Shown here piece after piece: positions 21,448-30,919 of a DNA stretch of 64,000 nucleotides. Each line of letters begins with the position of its first letter. Position 1 is the first letter of the stretch. The DNA is from an uncultured Thermococci archaeon (GTDB taxonomy: Archaea; Methanobacteriota_B; Thermococci; Methanofastidiosales; B48-G16). The stretch is from NCBI GenBank assembly GCA_964595645.1, contig CAZQQT010000006.1, forward strand, positions 1-64,000, written 5' to 3'. The notes below the pieces were generated by a model. It made no database searches. It saw nothing but the letters and a program-made list of their open reading frames with translations, and was not told where the DNA came from. The position numbers were made by a program, and so were the translations under genes.

Positions 21448-21749
21448 TGGAAAAAAGTGAAATTTCGAAGATCATCACGTACATCTCCACAGTCATGCTA
21501 GCCGCCTGCATGGGGGGCACGAGCTATGCAATCCTCAACTTCACCAGTGATATTTCCATGAAGGTCGGTGTTGCCTTCGTGATATCCGCAATATTTTTCC
21601 TCGCATCGATAATCTCCTCTATCTCTTCTCTGTACATGGAGAGCTCAAAGATAAAACAGGACGCGTATATCACCGTATCACTGATTATCTTCCTTTTTGG
21701 ATGTATATTCTATCTTCTCGTTGCACTATCAATCTTATACAGGGTGTAA
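21447..21749 (+). CDS. Hypothetical 3-TM membrane protein
   Basis: Three hydrophobic segments; TAATG overlap with the previous gene. Confidence 0.7.
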   Translation: MEKSEISKIITYISTVMLAACMGGTSYAILNFTSDISMKVGVAFVISAIFFLASIISSISSLYMESSKIKQDAYITVSLIIFLFGCIFYLLVALSILYRV

Positions 21750-21751
21750 TC

Positions 21752-22471
21752 ATGAGGGTCACCACAGGGGTAGAAGGACTGGACGATCTTATTGAAGGAG
21801 GGTTTCCTGAACAGTCAACAATTCTCATCTCCGGGACCCCTGGAACGGGGAAGACACTGTTCTGTCTTCAGTACGTGTATAAAGGCCTCGAGGTGGGAGA
21901 TCCGGGAATCTACATCACACTCGAGGAAAAACCGGAGGAACTACGACGGGAGGCAATGCGATTCTCGTGGGATATAGAGAAGTATGAAGATGAGGGATCC
22001 CTCGTGATCCTCGATGCATCTGCCCGGGTCGGCCTCCCACCCTCAGAGAAATATTCAATAGAGGATCTCAATATCGAAAAACTCTTAAATAAAGTGTACG
22101 ATATTTCCACAGAGATAGGGGCAAAACGACTTGTACTCGACTCGCTTCCCCCCCTGTTCGAAGGGGAGGAGAACATCCGATCCAGCGTGCATAAAATTGG
22201 GAGAGTACTCGGTGAGATAGGCTGTACCTCCCTCATCGTGAGCGAAACGCTGGACGACACAAGATTCAGCAGGTTCGGTATCGAAGAGTTTATTGCTCGA
22301 GGGCTCATTACGCTTCACCTCGAGGAAAAGGAATCAAAAATGCGTATAGGTGAGTGGAGAAGAAGCATTTTCATACGAAAAATGAGAGAAACGAAACATA
22401 AAGTACGGAAGTATCCATTTTCTATTGACGAAAATGGTATAAATATAGATACGAAGGGAGAAATGTTATGA
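21752..22471 (+). CDS. Single-domain KaiC-like (RAD55) ATPase
   Basis: TGVEGLDDLIEGGFP, GTPGTGKT, YITLEE, RLVLDS, IRKMRET. Confidence 0.9.
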   Translation: MRVTTGVEGLDDLIEGGFPEQSTILISGTPGTGKTLFCLQYVYKGLEVGDPGIYITLEEKPEELRREAMRFSWDIEKYEDEGSLVILDASARVGLPPSEKYSIEDLNIEKLLNKVYDISTEIGAKRLVLDSLPPLFEGEENIRSSVHKIGRVLGEIGCTSLIVSETLDDTRFSRFGIEEFIARGLITLHLEEKESKMRIGEWRRSIFIRKMRETKHKVRKYPFSIDENGINIDTKGEML

Positions 22472-24222
22472 GAGTATTACCAGACACGAGTGTAGTAATT
22501 GACGGACGGTTCAGGGATTTCCTCGAAGAGAACAAGGTTGAGGTTGTACTGATCCATGAAGCAGTAGTGGCAGAGATAGAGCACCAAGCAGTGAAAGGAA
22601 AGACCTCTGGAGAATCCGGGCTGGAAGAGCTTCGGATGATCCGAGAAATCTGTGAAAGACAGGATGTCCCCATCGATTTCGTGGGAGAACGGCCTGCTCC
22701 ACCGCAGTTAAAGGATATCGATGACATCATCCGAAACTCCGCTCCCATCCACAACGCCACCCTCATCACAGGAGACGTTGTCCAACGATCGGTAGCGGAT
22801 ATCAAAGGGATCCCCGTAGAGTATATCCCGGGGAAAATGGATATAAAAATGAGTATCGAGGACTTTTTCGATGAGCGAACAATGTCCGTCCATCTCAAGG
22901 ACAGTGTACGGGCTACAGTAAAAAAGGGAACGCCGAAAAATATTTTCTTTGAGAAGACAGAGAAGATACTCACCGAAAAAGAGCTGAACGAGATCTCCAT
23001 GGATATTGTTGAGAGAGCGGAGCGGGAGCAAGACTGTTTCATCGAGCTGGATGAACAGGGCGCACTTATCGTACAGCTGCGGGAGTACCGAATCGCCATC
23101 ACAAAACCCCCGCTTTCAGACAGATTTGAGATTACCGCGGTGAGGCCAGTGAGGAAGGTTCCCCTCAGTGAGTATAACCTCTCCACGAAGCTGCGAAGGA
23201 GACTGGGAAATGCAGAAGGAATCCTCGTGGCCGGAAGTCCAGGAGCAGGGAAATCCACCTTTGTCCAGGCGCTGGCCGAGTACTACAACGACGAGGGAAA
23301 GATAGTGAAAACAATGGAAAAACCGAGAGACTTGCAGGTCAGCCCAGAGATCACGCAGTACACGGCACTCGGTGGCAGTATGGAGAAAACGGCGGATATT
23401 CTCCTGTTAGTTCGGCCGGATTTCACAGTGTTCGATGAGATGAGAAAAACGAGTGACTTCCTGATCTACACTGATATGCGGCTTGCTGGTGTGGGAATGA
23501 TCGGGGTGGTCCACGCCAGCAGGACAATCGACTCGATCCAGCGGTTTATCGGGAGAATCGAGCTGGGAATTATTCCACAGATCATCGATACAATCATCTT
23601 CATCGATAAGGGTGACGTGGGACAGGTCTTCTCGCTGAAATATACAGTAAAAGTACCCAAAGGAATGACAGAGGCAGATCTCACCAGACCGGTGATAGAG
23701 GTAAAGGACTTCGAGCAGGACACACTGGAGTATGAAATCTACAGCTATGGCGAACAAATCGTGGTAATGCCCACAGAAAGACGAAAAATCAAGCCTCCAA
23801 AAAATATGGGCAAGGAAATAGGGAAGTATACTCGAGGAGGTTTCGAGGTCGAGATGCTCTCCAACAAAAAGGCCGTTGTCTACGTGAATTCTGCAGATAT
23901 TCCGCGACTCATCGGAAAAAATGGGAAAACAATCGATAGGGTAGAAGATAAGCTCGGCATCTCAATCGACGTACGGGAGAAAACGAATGAAAAGACTCCC
24001 GTGGACGTGAAGAAAACGAAGAAGTACTATACCCTTCAAACCCCAATAAAAAATGAACAGGTCGATGTCTATATCGACTCCTCCCATTTCGTCACGGCGT
24101 ACACCACAAAGAAAGGCAGGATAAAAATCAAGAGACAGAGCGAGCTCGGGAAGCTCTTGGGGAAGGCGCTGGCCTCCAAAGCATCTATACACGCGGTGCC
24201 ATCAGAGGAAAATTCCACGTAA
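22468..24222 (+). CDS. PIN-domain/VirB11-like ATPase with KH domain (PINA family)
   Basis: N-terminal PIN (PDTSVVIDG), GSPGAGKST, DEMRK, KH motif IGKNGKTI. Confidence 0.88.
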   Translation: MRVLPDTSVVIDGRFRDFLEENKVEVVLIHEAVVAEIEHQAVKGKTSGESGLEELRMIREICERQDVPIDFVGERPAPPQLKDIDDIIRNSAPIHNATLITGDVVQRSVADIKGIPVEYIPGKMDIKMSIEDFFDERTMSVHLKDSVRATVKKGTPKNIFFEKTEKILTEKELNEISMDIVERAEREQDCFIELDEQGALIVQLREYRIAITKPPLSDRFEITAVRPVRKVPLSEYNLSTKLRRRLGNAEGILVAGSPGAGKSTFVQALAEYYNDEGKIVKTMEKPRDLQVSPEITQYTALGGSMEKTADILLLVRPDFTVFDEMRKTSDFLIYTDMRLAGVGMIGVVHASRTIDSIQRFIGRIELGIIPQIIDTIIFIDKGDVGQVFSLKYTVKVPKGMTEADLTRPVIEVKDFEQDTLEYEIYSYGEQIVVMPTERRKIKPPKNMGKEIGKYTRGGFEVEMLSNKKAVVYVNSADIPRLIGKNGKTIDRVEDKLGISIDVREKTNEKTPVDVKKTKKYYTLQTPIKNEQVDVYIDSSHFVTAYTTKKGRIKIKRQSELGKLLGKALASKASIHAVPSEENST

Positions 24223-25073
24223 CTCGCGTCCTTTTCTTCCCAGTATGAAATCTCTCTCGTGTGAAATGCTGTTCGTATCGTCGTGTGTGGTGGATCTCCA
24301 GTGAATGTGCAGTACGCGAAGACGTCCACAGAATCTTCTCCTCGCGCTTCTATCATCCCCCTGTTCATAGTAATATGGGGCTCGATAACATGGAAGTTCC
24401 CCTCCGTGGGATCCACAGCGTACCATCTCCCAAGATAGACCTCCGCCCAAAGATGGGAGACTGTCGAACGCTTCGTAGGAAGCCATCCCCACACAGGTCG
24501 TGCTTCTATCCCCACAGCCTCGCAGAGGGCGATGAAAAGGTACGTGAACTCTGTGCAGTCTCCTTTTTTGTGCGTTAACATCCACGAAGCGGGATGCTCC
24601 TCTCCGTTGTACTCGTACTCCATGCCCTCAACAAACTGGAAAATCCTTTTCACTTTCTCCCGATCCGTCTCGTACTCCTGCGTGAGTTCCTTTGCTTTTG
24701 TCACAACTCTTGGATCCTTATAATCGATGCGATCGGAGGCCTCTTCCACCGCCATTTTTCCTGAAGTGTTGATTTCCTGCACAACGGTGTATGTCTGCAC
24801 CTTAAACGTCATCTCGATAGTGGCGAGAGACGTATTTTCAAAGGTGAAAGTATAGTATCCATTGGTTTTTATAGGGGGAGGAGATACAGCGGTGATCTCC
24901 ACTACCTGCGAGTCGGTATCTGTGGGAACAGGAAGGTAGATCTCGACAGATTCAACGGTTTTGTCAGCCTCCCATGTCACGGTGAGATCACACTCGTACG
25001 CAGTATCATGTATCAGCACGCCTTGAAATAGAAAAAGAAGAGAAATCACAATAAAAGGGAGGATACGACGCAC
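24069..25073 (-). CDS. Secreted transglutaminase-like domain protein
   Basis: GDCTEF, HLWAEVY and DPT triad; signal peptide. Confidence 0.85.
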   Translation of the reverse strand: MRRILPFIVISLLFLFQGVLIHDTAYECDLTVTWEADKTVESVEIYLPVPTDTDSQVVEITAVSPPPIKTNGYYTFTFENTSLATIEMTFKVQTYTVVQEINTSGKMAVEEASDRIDYKDPRVVTKAKELTQEYETDREKVKRIFQFVEGMEYEYNGEEHPASWMLTHKKGDCTEFTYLFIALCEAVGIEARPVWGWLPTKRSTVSHLWAEVYLGRWYAVDPTEGNFHVIEPHITMNRGMIEARGEDSVDVFAYCTFTGDPPHTTIRTAFHTREISYWEEKDASYVEFSSDGTACIDALEASAFPKSFPSSLCLLIFILPFFVVYAVTKWEESI

Positions 25074-25864
25074 TACCTCACCTGATTGAGTTTGGACTCT
25101 AAAGAACGGCAGTACGACATGGTTTCGTTAAAATCACTAGTATTCATTGAGATACTACAGATGAGATTTCCATAGCGAAACACCACGTCCACACTATTCT
25201 CTGTTTTTTTGTAGATTGCTTTGTTCCCCAGCGATTGATGGGGAAGAAACTCCCCTTCAGCCGTGTCATCGAAGGCATGCTGTGCAGCCTCTACCGTGTC
25301 ATAGGACTCCACAGTGCACGTGACCCTCTTTTCCCCCAGTTCGAAAATGGTGCGGTATCCGTGATCTTCCACCGACTCCTCCTTCACGAGAGTCCATACT
25401 AACCCAACATTTTCTCTTCGAAGCACAAGTTCAGCCGGATCCGTTGCGATAAACGTCTCAGAGACGTGGAATGTGACCTCGTAGACATCCTCATTCCCCT
25501 GGCCATCCATGGCAACAAGTTTCACTGTGTGATCTCCTGCAGAGAACTTCTCGCTGATAGACATACATGCACAGTCAAAGTTTCCATCGATATACCATTC
25601 AAATCTTAATGGCTCCTCATCGGGATCCGTGCTCTCATTATGGAACATGATCCTGTCCGTGTCCCGTGGATCTTCCGGGTGCATGGAGAACTTTGCAGTT
25701 GGTGGACTGGAACTATTAGAGGAAGGTGACGTTGTGGGGGGTGTAGTGGGGGGAGATGTCGTTGAAGATGGTACTGTCTCCGGGGATTCCTGTTCTCCAC
25801 CGACACATCCTAACGAACATAGTACAATGCCAATGATTCCTGCACACAGGATGCTATTTCTCAT
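25073..25864 (-). CDS. PKD-domain lipoprotein
   Basis: Lipobox SLGCVGG, Ser/Thr/Pro linker, PTAKF...STDPD...FEW...GDHTVKLVAMD. Confidence 0.75.
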   Translation of the reverse strand: MRNSILCAGIIGIVLCSLGCVGGEQESPETVPSSTTSPPTTPPTTSPSSNSSSPPTAKFSMHPEDPRDTDRIMFHNESTDPDEEPLRFEWYIDGNFDCACMSISEKFSAGDHTVKLVAMDGQGNEDVYEVTFHVSETFIATDPAELVLRRENVGLVWTLVKEESVEDHGYRTIFELGEKRVTCTVESYDTVEAAQHAFDDTAEGEFLPHQSLGNKAIYKKTENSVDVVFRYGNLICSISMNTSDFNETMSYCRSLESKLNQVR

Positions 25865-26396
25865 TTTCTTCGTCTTCTTCATCAGATGATTCCTCCATCT
25901 TTATTACGTAGTCTGCGGCGTTCTGGAGCGCGGCAGAGAATCCTGGTTCCACACCGATGATGATCGTTTCCTTGCCGTACTCCTTTGCTTTGTTGATAAT
26001 CGGGAGAAAATCCGCATCTCGGGTCGCCAGTGCGATTGCATCAATATTCTCGTTGTAGATAATTTCCATGGAGAGCAACCCCATCATCACATCAGTATCT
26101 CCTGCAATCACCACGACCTCGAACCCCTGATTTGAGATTGCCTCTATCAATCCTTGAGATGCATACTGATTAAGAATAACCTTTGCAATTCTAATATCCC
26201 CAATATCATTAAGAATATCTGCTACTTCCTCCATATCAATTCCGAACTCTTTTCTGAGGATATTTGGACCGTCGATTATCAGGCCAATCTTTTTTCCTTC
26301 TTTCTTTTTCCTTTTCGCTATTTTACCGATGGATTTTGAAATGCCTCTTCCAACCTTTGTGATTTTTTTCCATTTTAATGGCAATGATATCACCAA
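25854..26396 (-). CDS. NYN-domain protein (TIGR00288-type)
   Basis: IDGPNI, DTDV, TRDADF, FSAALQNAAD. Confidence 0.88.
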   Translation of the reverse strand: MVISLPLKWKKITKVGRGISKSIGKIAKRKKKEGKKIGLIIDGPNILRKEFGIDMEEVADILNDIGDIRIAKVILNQYASQGLIEAISNQGFEVVVIAGDTDVMMGLLSMEIIYNENIDAIALATRDADFLPIINKAKEYGKETIIIGVEPGFSAALQNAADYVIKMEESSDEEDEENEK

Positions 26397-26560
26397 CTAT
26401 CTCTATTACCTACTCTGCAAAATGCTTTATAAATGTATTTCGGTGATGGTGAACTTCTCCAATGTTATTCATTGTTCTCTCATTTTCTTGGGGTATGTAG
26501 CGATTTTTTTCCGCGTATATCTCTGAACAGGAGGAGTATCACTAGCTCATTCCCGATACG

Positions 26561-27352
26561 TTATATTTTTTCGTTATTTTGGCACACCTTACGTAAACTG
26601 CAAAACGCACACTCCTCTCTTTTCCCGTGGTATGGTACATGCCCATCGAAAATTTTTTCTACTGATTCCTTCATTGTTAAGAATCTCCGTTTTAACGCGG
26701 TGTCAATCGAAACTTCATGCTTTTTATTCAGTACAACGTAATTGATAACCCCTCTATCGACTGACGTATCAAACTCTTCTTCGAGTAACAGTGCGTACCC
26801 CGTAAGCTGAAGCATGTCCTTCTCCATAAACTCCGTGGATCGTCCTGTCTTTATCTCCTCAGGATAGTACCGTCCACCCCTCTCTTCAATCCTATCAACT
26901 CTACCGGAAAGGTTGAGTTTTTCACTTTTTATAGGAAACTCTGTGAACTTCTCTGGGAACACAATCTCGTACACGTCTTTTTTTCCGTAGTTGTCCATTG
27001 CCTCTCTCAATAAAGAAGCATTTTCTCTACATTTTCGTGAGAATAGGTCGTTCAGTTCTCTTATTACCTCAAGTTTATTCTTTTTTAGCTTCTTCTTATT
27101 TCGGAGAACGGTATGTTTTACTACTTTTTGTGCATCCTTGCGAAAAACCTCAGCTATCTCTTCGGCACTCATCTCCTCATTGACGAAAATATCGAACACT
27201 GTTCTCTGTCGTTTCTCCATCTTTCTTGTGATTCGATGGTAGATACTCCCAAAAACCATCTGCGGAGAGGTAACCTTCACCCTTTGAACTCTTGTGAGGT
27301 ACAAACTGTACGGGCAGAATGCATACTGCGATACGTCCGTGACGTAGATCAT
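26561..27352 (-). CDS. cas4: Solo Cas4-like RecB-type nuclease (copy 2)
   Basis: FCP, GSIYH, GRVDRI, EEIKTG, QLTGY, C-terminal CAFC...VC; TGATG coupling to copy 1. Confidence 0.8.
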   Translation of the reverse strand: MIYVTDVSQYAFCPYSLYLTRVQRVKVTSPQMVFGSIYHRITRKMEKRQRTVFDIFVNEEMSAEEIAEVFRKDAQKVVKHTVLRNKKKLKKNKLEVIRELNDLFSRKCRENASLLREAMDNYGKKDVYEIVFPEKFTEFPIKSEKLNLSGRVDRIEERGGRYYPEEIKTGRSTEFMEKDMLQLTGYALLLEEEFDTSVDRGVINYVVLNKKHEVSIDTALKRRFLTMKESVEKIFDGHVPYHGKREECAFCSLRKVCQNNEKI

Positions 27353-28143
27353 CAACACACACCTTGGTACTCGCATTTTTGGCATTTCTTTCTCTTTGAG
27401 GGGACGTATCCATCGTGTATCTTCAGTATTTTATCTTTGATCCTGAACACCTTCTCCTTAAGAGACTCATCAATAAGTACGGGGCGTCGTTCATTGAGCT
27501 GTGCGTACTCCACAAATGCGAGGTTCGTAGGCACCTGGAATTTATTCTCCACCAAGAGTGCAGAGAAACACGCCTGGACTTCATGAACATCGTACACTCC
27601 TTCTTGAGGCGGTTTCCCTGTTTTGATCTCGATAGGATAAAACTCGTTTCTCGCCCGCACAATCCTATCGAGTACACCTGCAAATCCCGTCGATTTATCG
27701 ATGATCTTGTACCTCACGTAGTTGTTCTCCGGAGAGAGATAGAAGGCCAGCTCATCCCGTTCAATATCTAACGCCTCCATCGTCCGTTGTGCTCGAATTG
27801 CTCTCGTAAGGAAGTACAGATGCCTATCCTTCTCTAGCATAGTTTTCGCCTCCTCTGGATCGATTCCTATCCTGTCTAGATCAGCGGCATTCTCGACGAT
27901 CGCGTAGTTCAGTGCGTCCTTGTAGTATCTCTCATACTCGGCTGTTATCTCCTGAAGGCTGTATGTCCGTTCCACATTTCGGAGAATTTCCTGTTCCTTT
28001 TTCGAGATAGACTCCCGCAAATGATGTCGCAAGTTCCCGTACACCATTTCTTTCGTGGGGGGGACACGTATCTCCTTCACATACGCGAGATAGTACTTCC
28101 GTGGACAGATGGCGTAGTAGAATACATGGCTCTTCCAGATCAT
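27352..28143 (-). CDS. cas4: Solo Cas4-like RecB-type nuclease (copy 1)
   Basis: ICPRK, GNLRH, GVLDRI, IEIKTG, CQKC...VC; ATGA coupling to nadC. Confidence 0.8.
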   Translation of the reverse strand: MIWKSHVFYYAICPRKYYLAYVKEIRVPPTKEMVYGNLRHHLRESISKKEQEILRNVERTYSLQEITAEYERYYKDALNYAIVENAADLDRIGIDPEEAKTMLEKDRHLYFLTRAIRAQRTMEALDIERDELAFYLSPENNYVRYKIIDKSTGFAGVLDRIVRARNEFYPIEIKTGKPPQEGVYDVHEVQACFSALLVENKFQVPTNLAFVEYAQLNERRPVLIDESLKEKVFRIKDKILKIHDGYVPSKRKKCQKCEYQGVC

Positions 28144-28940
28144 ATGATCTCCAAGGAGATATCTGTCGCAGTGACGGAGTGAGTCAACGATCCCATCGAG
28201 ATAATATCCACATGATCATACTCCTCAAGATTATCGGGCGTAATACCTCCCGATGCCTCAAGCAGTACCTTCTCACGGAGATTTCGCTTTTCTAGTGCGT
28301 GAACCACACGTTTTATTTTTTCTGGAGACATATTATCGAGCATGACAATGTCCGCCCCCAACTCAGCAGCCTTCAGTGCACCTTCCTTTGTCGTCACTTC
28401 CACCTCTACTTTTTTTGAAAATGAGAGTTCTTTCGCTCTTCGTATACATTCTTCCAATCCCACAACTGCAATATGATTATCCTTTATTAAAATCATGTCG
28501 TCGAGACGGTATCGATGAGTATCTCCTCCCCCTATCTCCACTGCTTTTTTATCGAGCGCCCGTAATATCGTTTTTCGTGTCGCCGCGACCCGTGCAGAAA
28601 CGCGGTCTGCACATTTCTTCGTCATCGTAGTGATCCCAAAGGCTCTACTTAGGATATTAAGCACTGTTCTCTCCGTACTGAGAATATGTTTTATCTCTCC
28701 TGTGACTTCCAGGATTTTTTCGCCTTTTTTCACCGCGTCTCCGTCGTTTTTCAGTAGAGTCACTTTGCAGCCCTGATGTTCAAAAAGGAACTTTCCGTAC
28801 TCCGAACAGGAAACTACACAGTCTTCCTTGGCAATTATATGGCCTTTTGCATCTTTATCTGGAAGGATACTGGATGTGATATCCCCAAAACCGATATCCT
28901 CCTCTAAAAGATCAATAAGTTTTCTCTTGATGTACTTCAT
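28140..28940 (-). CDS. nadC: Nicotinate-nucleotide pyrophosphorylase (quinolinate phosphoribosyltransferase)
   Basis: ED...GDITS, TRKT, HRYRLDD, KDNH, EVEV, MLDN, EASGGI. Confidence 0.95.
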   Translation of the reverse strand: MKYIKRKLIDLLEEDIGFGDITSSILPDKDAKGHIIAKEDCVVSCSEYGKFLFEHQGCKVTLLKNDGDAVKKGEKILEVTGEIKHILSTERTVLNILSRAFGITTMTKKCADRVSARVAATRKTILRALDKKAVEIGGGDTHRYRLDDMILIKDNHIAVVGLEECIRRAKELSFSKKVEVEVTTKEGALKAAELGADIVMLDNMSPEKIKRVVHALEKRNLREKVLLEASGGITPDNLEEYDHVDIISMGSLTHSVTATDISLEII

Positions 28941-28966
28941 ACCAACACCCTGATTCCCATGTACGT

Positions 28967-29464
28967 TTATTTGCCCAGCTTCTCTTTTATTTCTTTCGCA
29001 AGCGTGTCCCTGTTATCCTCGTCCACGGAAATAATCTCAACATCCTCCCTCTCTTTGATCTTCTTGGTGAAGTAGTTATTTTTTCCCATGATTGTCCCGA
29101 GCACATTCCCTGTATCCAACGCCCTCTCCAGTACATCACGAAATTTCTCTGAGTACAGCTCCATTTTTCCAATCTCATCGATGACAATGATGTCTTTGTC
29201 AAGAGATTCTTCCACGCTTTTCACTGCGACATTGTCTAAATCCTTGAGGTTTACACCGTACTCTCCCACTGTGTACCTATTTTTAATATCAACGTGTGCT
29301 AAGATACCCTCTTTACCGTCCAGCGTCACAATTTTAAAGCCCTTCCTGTATCTGTCTCGGATCTCTTCCGTGTAAAATCCTCCCGCGTCTTCACAGTCCT
29401 CTACCACCTGTGTAATGATCGTCGTTTTTCCGATGCCTGGGCTTCCCGTCAGTAGGATATTCAT
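28967..29464 (-). CDS. THEP1-type nucleoside triphosphatase
   Basis: GSPGIGKTT, GGFYTEEIR, IDEIGKMEL. Confidence 0.9.
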   Translation of the reverse strand: MNILLTGSPGIGKTTIITQVVEDCEDAGGFYTEEIRDRYRKGFKIVTLDGKEGILAHVDIKNRYTVGEYGVNLKDLDNVAVKSVEESLDKDIIVIDEIGKMELYSEKFRDVLERALDTGNVLGTIMGKNNYFTKKIKEREDVEIISVDEDNRDTLAKEIKEKLGK

Positions 29465-29553
29465 GATACCGGATGTGAAGCATTATTTAAATAGTTAACA
29501 CTCCAGAAATAAGACAGGCTATATATCCATCTCAGAATGACAGGTGCCAAAAC

Positions 29554-30687
29554 ATGTACAAACCATATAAAACAACGCACATCCTGAATACACGCAAGCA
29601 CTGCGACGGCGGATGGTTCTGGAATAAGTACTCGGCTCAGCCGTACATAGGTTGCGAATGGGGATGTGTATACTGTTACTGCCGGGATGAGAAGTACAAT
29701 CCCTATACTGTCTCGGACCCAGAGGTCTCAAGATTTGATGATCCCTTTTCTCAGTACATTAAGGTAAAGGAGAACGCACCGGAGCTCTTAAAAAAGGCAC
29801 TTCGAAACAAGCCGCGGGATATCCTCTACCTCGACAGCTACCAGCCCATCGAAATGAAGTTCGAGTACGTCAGAAAAATGCTCGAGATCTGTCATGAACT
29901 CGCATTTCCCGTGTTTATCAACGAAAAGTCCCCCATGTTGTTACACGATCTGGATATTCTTGAAAAAATTCATGATGCGTCGTACCTCAATGTGGGGTGG
30001 TCGATTATTACGGCTGAGGACGATAAAACACGAGAAATGTTTGAACCCCATGCACCCGAGATCGACCTCCGGTTTGACGTGATGAAAACTGTAGCAGAGC
30101 ACGGTATTTCCACAGGAACGGTCTTCACCCCGATGTTACCCTTTATCTACGATACTGAGGAAAACATCGATGCAGTAATACGGAAAACAAAAGAGTGCGG
30201 CGGTCAGTACGTGCTTGATGGTGGATTAACACTCGATGGATACTGTGGCACGTATTTCTATAGAGCTCTTGAAAAGTACGATCCTGCATTGGTGAAAAAA
30301 TACAAGAAATTGTACAGTGATTCCCGAGCATTGGCAGAACATCGGGCTAACGTGCATCAGAAGGTCCTCGATTACTGTAAAAAATACGATATGGACCCCT
30401 ATATCCCCAGACCAGTGGAGTTCTTCCCAAAACATCAACAGGTGAACAAGAAAATCGCGGAAATATTCTACCTTAAAGCGCGGGAACTGCAGATATCTGG
30501 AGGGAACAGTCACCGAGAATGGGCCTATCGAAGGGCTGCGTGGACAATCGATGATCTAGAGGAAAATCTTGAGGATATCTACGAAAACAAGGGGATGAAA
30601 GGATTGATGGAGATTGAACATATCGGAAAGAGTATCTCGAAACGTATAGCGAAGTTTTTGACAGAGTGGAACGGAGAAGAACCATAA
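29554..30687 (+). CDS. SplB/Rv2578c-like radical SAM protein with C-terminal PolX-type helix-hairpin-helix domain
   Basis: PYIGCEWGCVYCY, KVKENAPELL, DSYQPIE; C-terminal REWAYRRAAWTI...IEHIGKSISKRI. Confidence 0.75.
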   Translation: MYKPYKTTHILNTRKHCDGGWFWNKYSAQPYIGCEWGCVYCYCRDEKYNPYTVSDPEVSRFDDPFSQYIKVKENAPELLKKALRNKPRDILYLDSYQPIEMKFEYVRKMLEICHELAFPVFINEKSPMLLHDLDILEKIHDASYLNVGWSIITAEDDKTREMFEPHAPEIDLRFDVMKTVAEHGISTGTVFTPMLPFIYDTEENIDAVIRKTKECGGQYVLDGGLTLDGYCGTYFYRALEKYDPALVKKYKKLYSDSRALAEHRANVHQKVLDYCKKYDMDPYIPRPVEFFPKHQQVNKKIAEIFYLKARELQISGGNSHREWAYRRAAWTIDDLEENLEDIYENKGMKGLMEIEHIGKSISKRIAKFLTEWNGEEP

Positions 30688-30768
30688 AGAGGAAGAAGGA
30701 ACCCCTGTTCCTGACATCACCGATCGTTACATTTATAAGCTATCTGTTGTTATGATGTTGATGAAGAC

Positions 30769-30843
30769 GGGGCCGTAGGGTAGCTTGGTCCATCCTTCGG
30801 GCTTTGGGAGTCCGGAACTCCGATTCAAATTCGGGCGGCCCCA
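30769..30843 (+). tRNA. tRNA-Pro(TGG)
   Basis: GGGGCCG/CGGCCCC acceptor stem, anticodon arm CGGGC-TTTGGGA-GTCCG, TTCAAAT T-loop; upstream TTTATAA box. Confidence 0.92.
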
Positions 30844-30919
30844 CTCATGATTTTTCACTAACGATGAAAAAAAGATGTATCAAATCAACGATTTGATCCA
30901 GTTTCGGGCGGCCCCACTC
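30830..30919 (+). repeat. 17-bp duplication of the tRNA-Pro 3' end (30830-30846 and 30903-30919) enclosing a 56-nt double-hairpin element
   Basis: TTCGGGCGGCCCCACTC occurs twice; the spacer closely matches the element behind tRNA-Ile2. Confidence 0.9.

Noticed and set aside
22468-24222. PINA as the pilus assembly ATPase
   Set aside because: The PIN + ATPase + KH architecture is the conserved archaeal PINA family; no TadC-like platform gene is adjacent.
26400-28200. CRISPR-Cas locus around the cas4 genes
   Set aside because: No repeat-spacer array, cas1, cas2 or effector genes were seen anywhere in the window.
30847-30902. tRNA-linked element as a classical MITE or mini-casposon
   Set aside because: No terminal inverted repeats are visible and no transposase or casposase lies in the window; the mechanism is left open.
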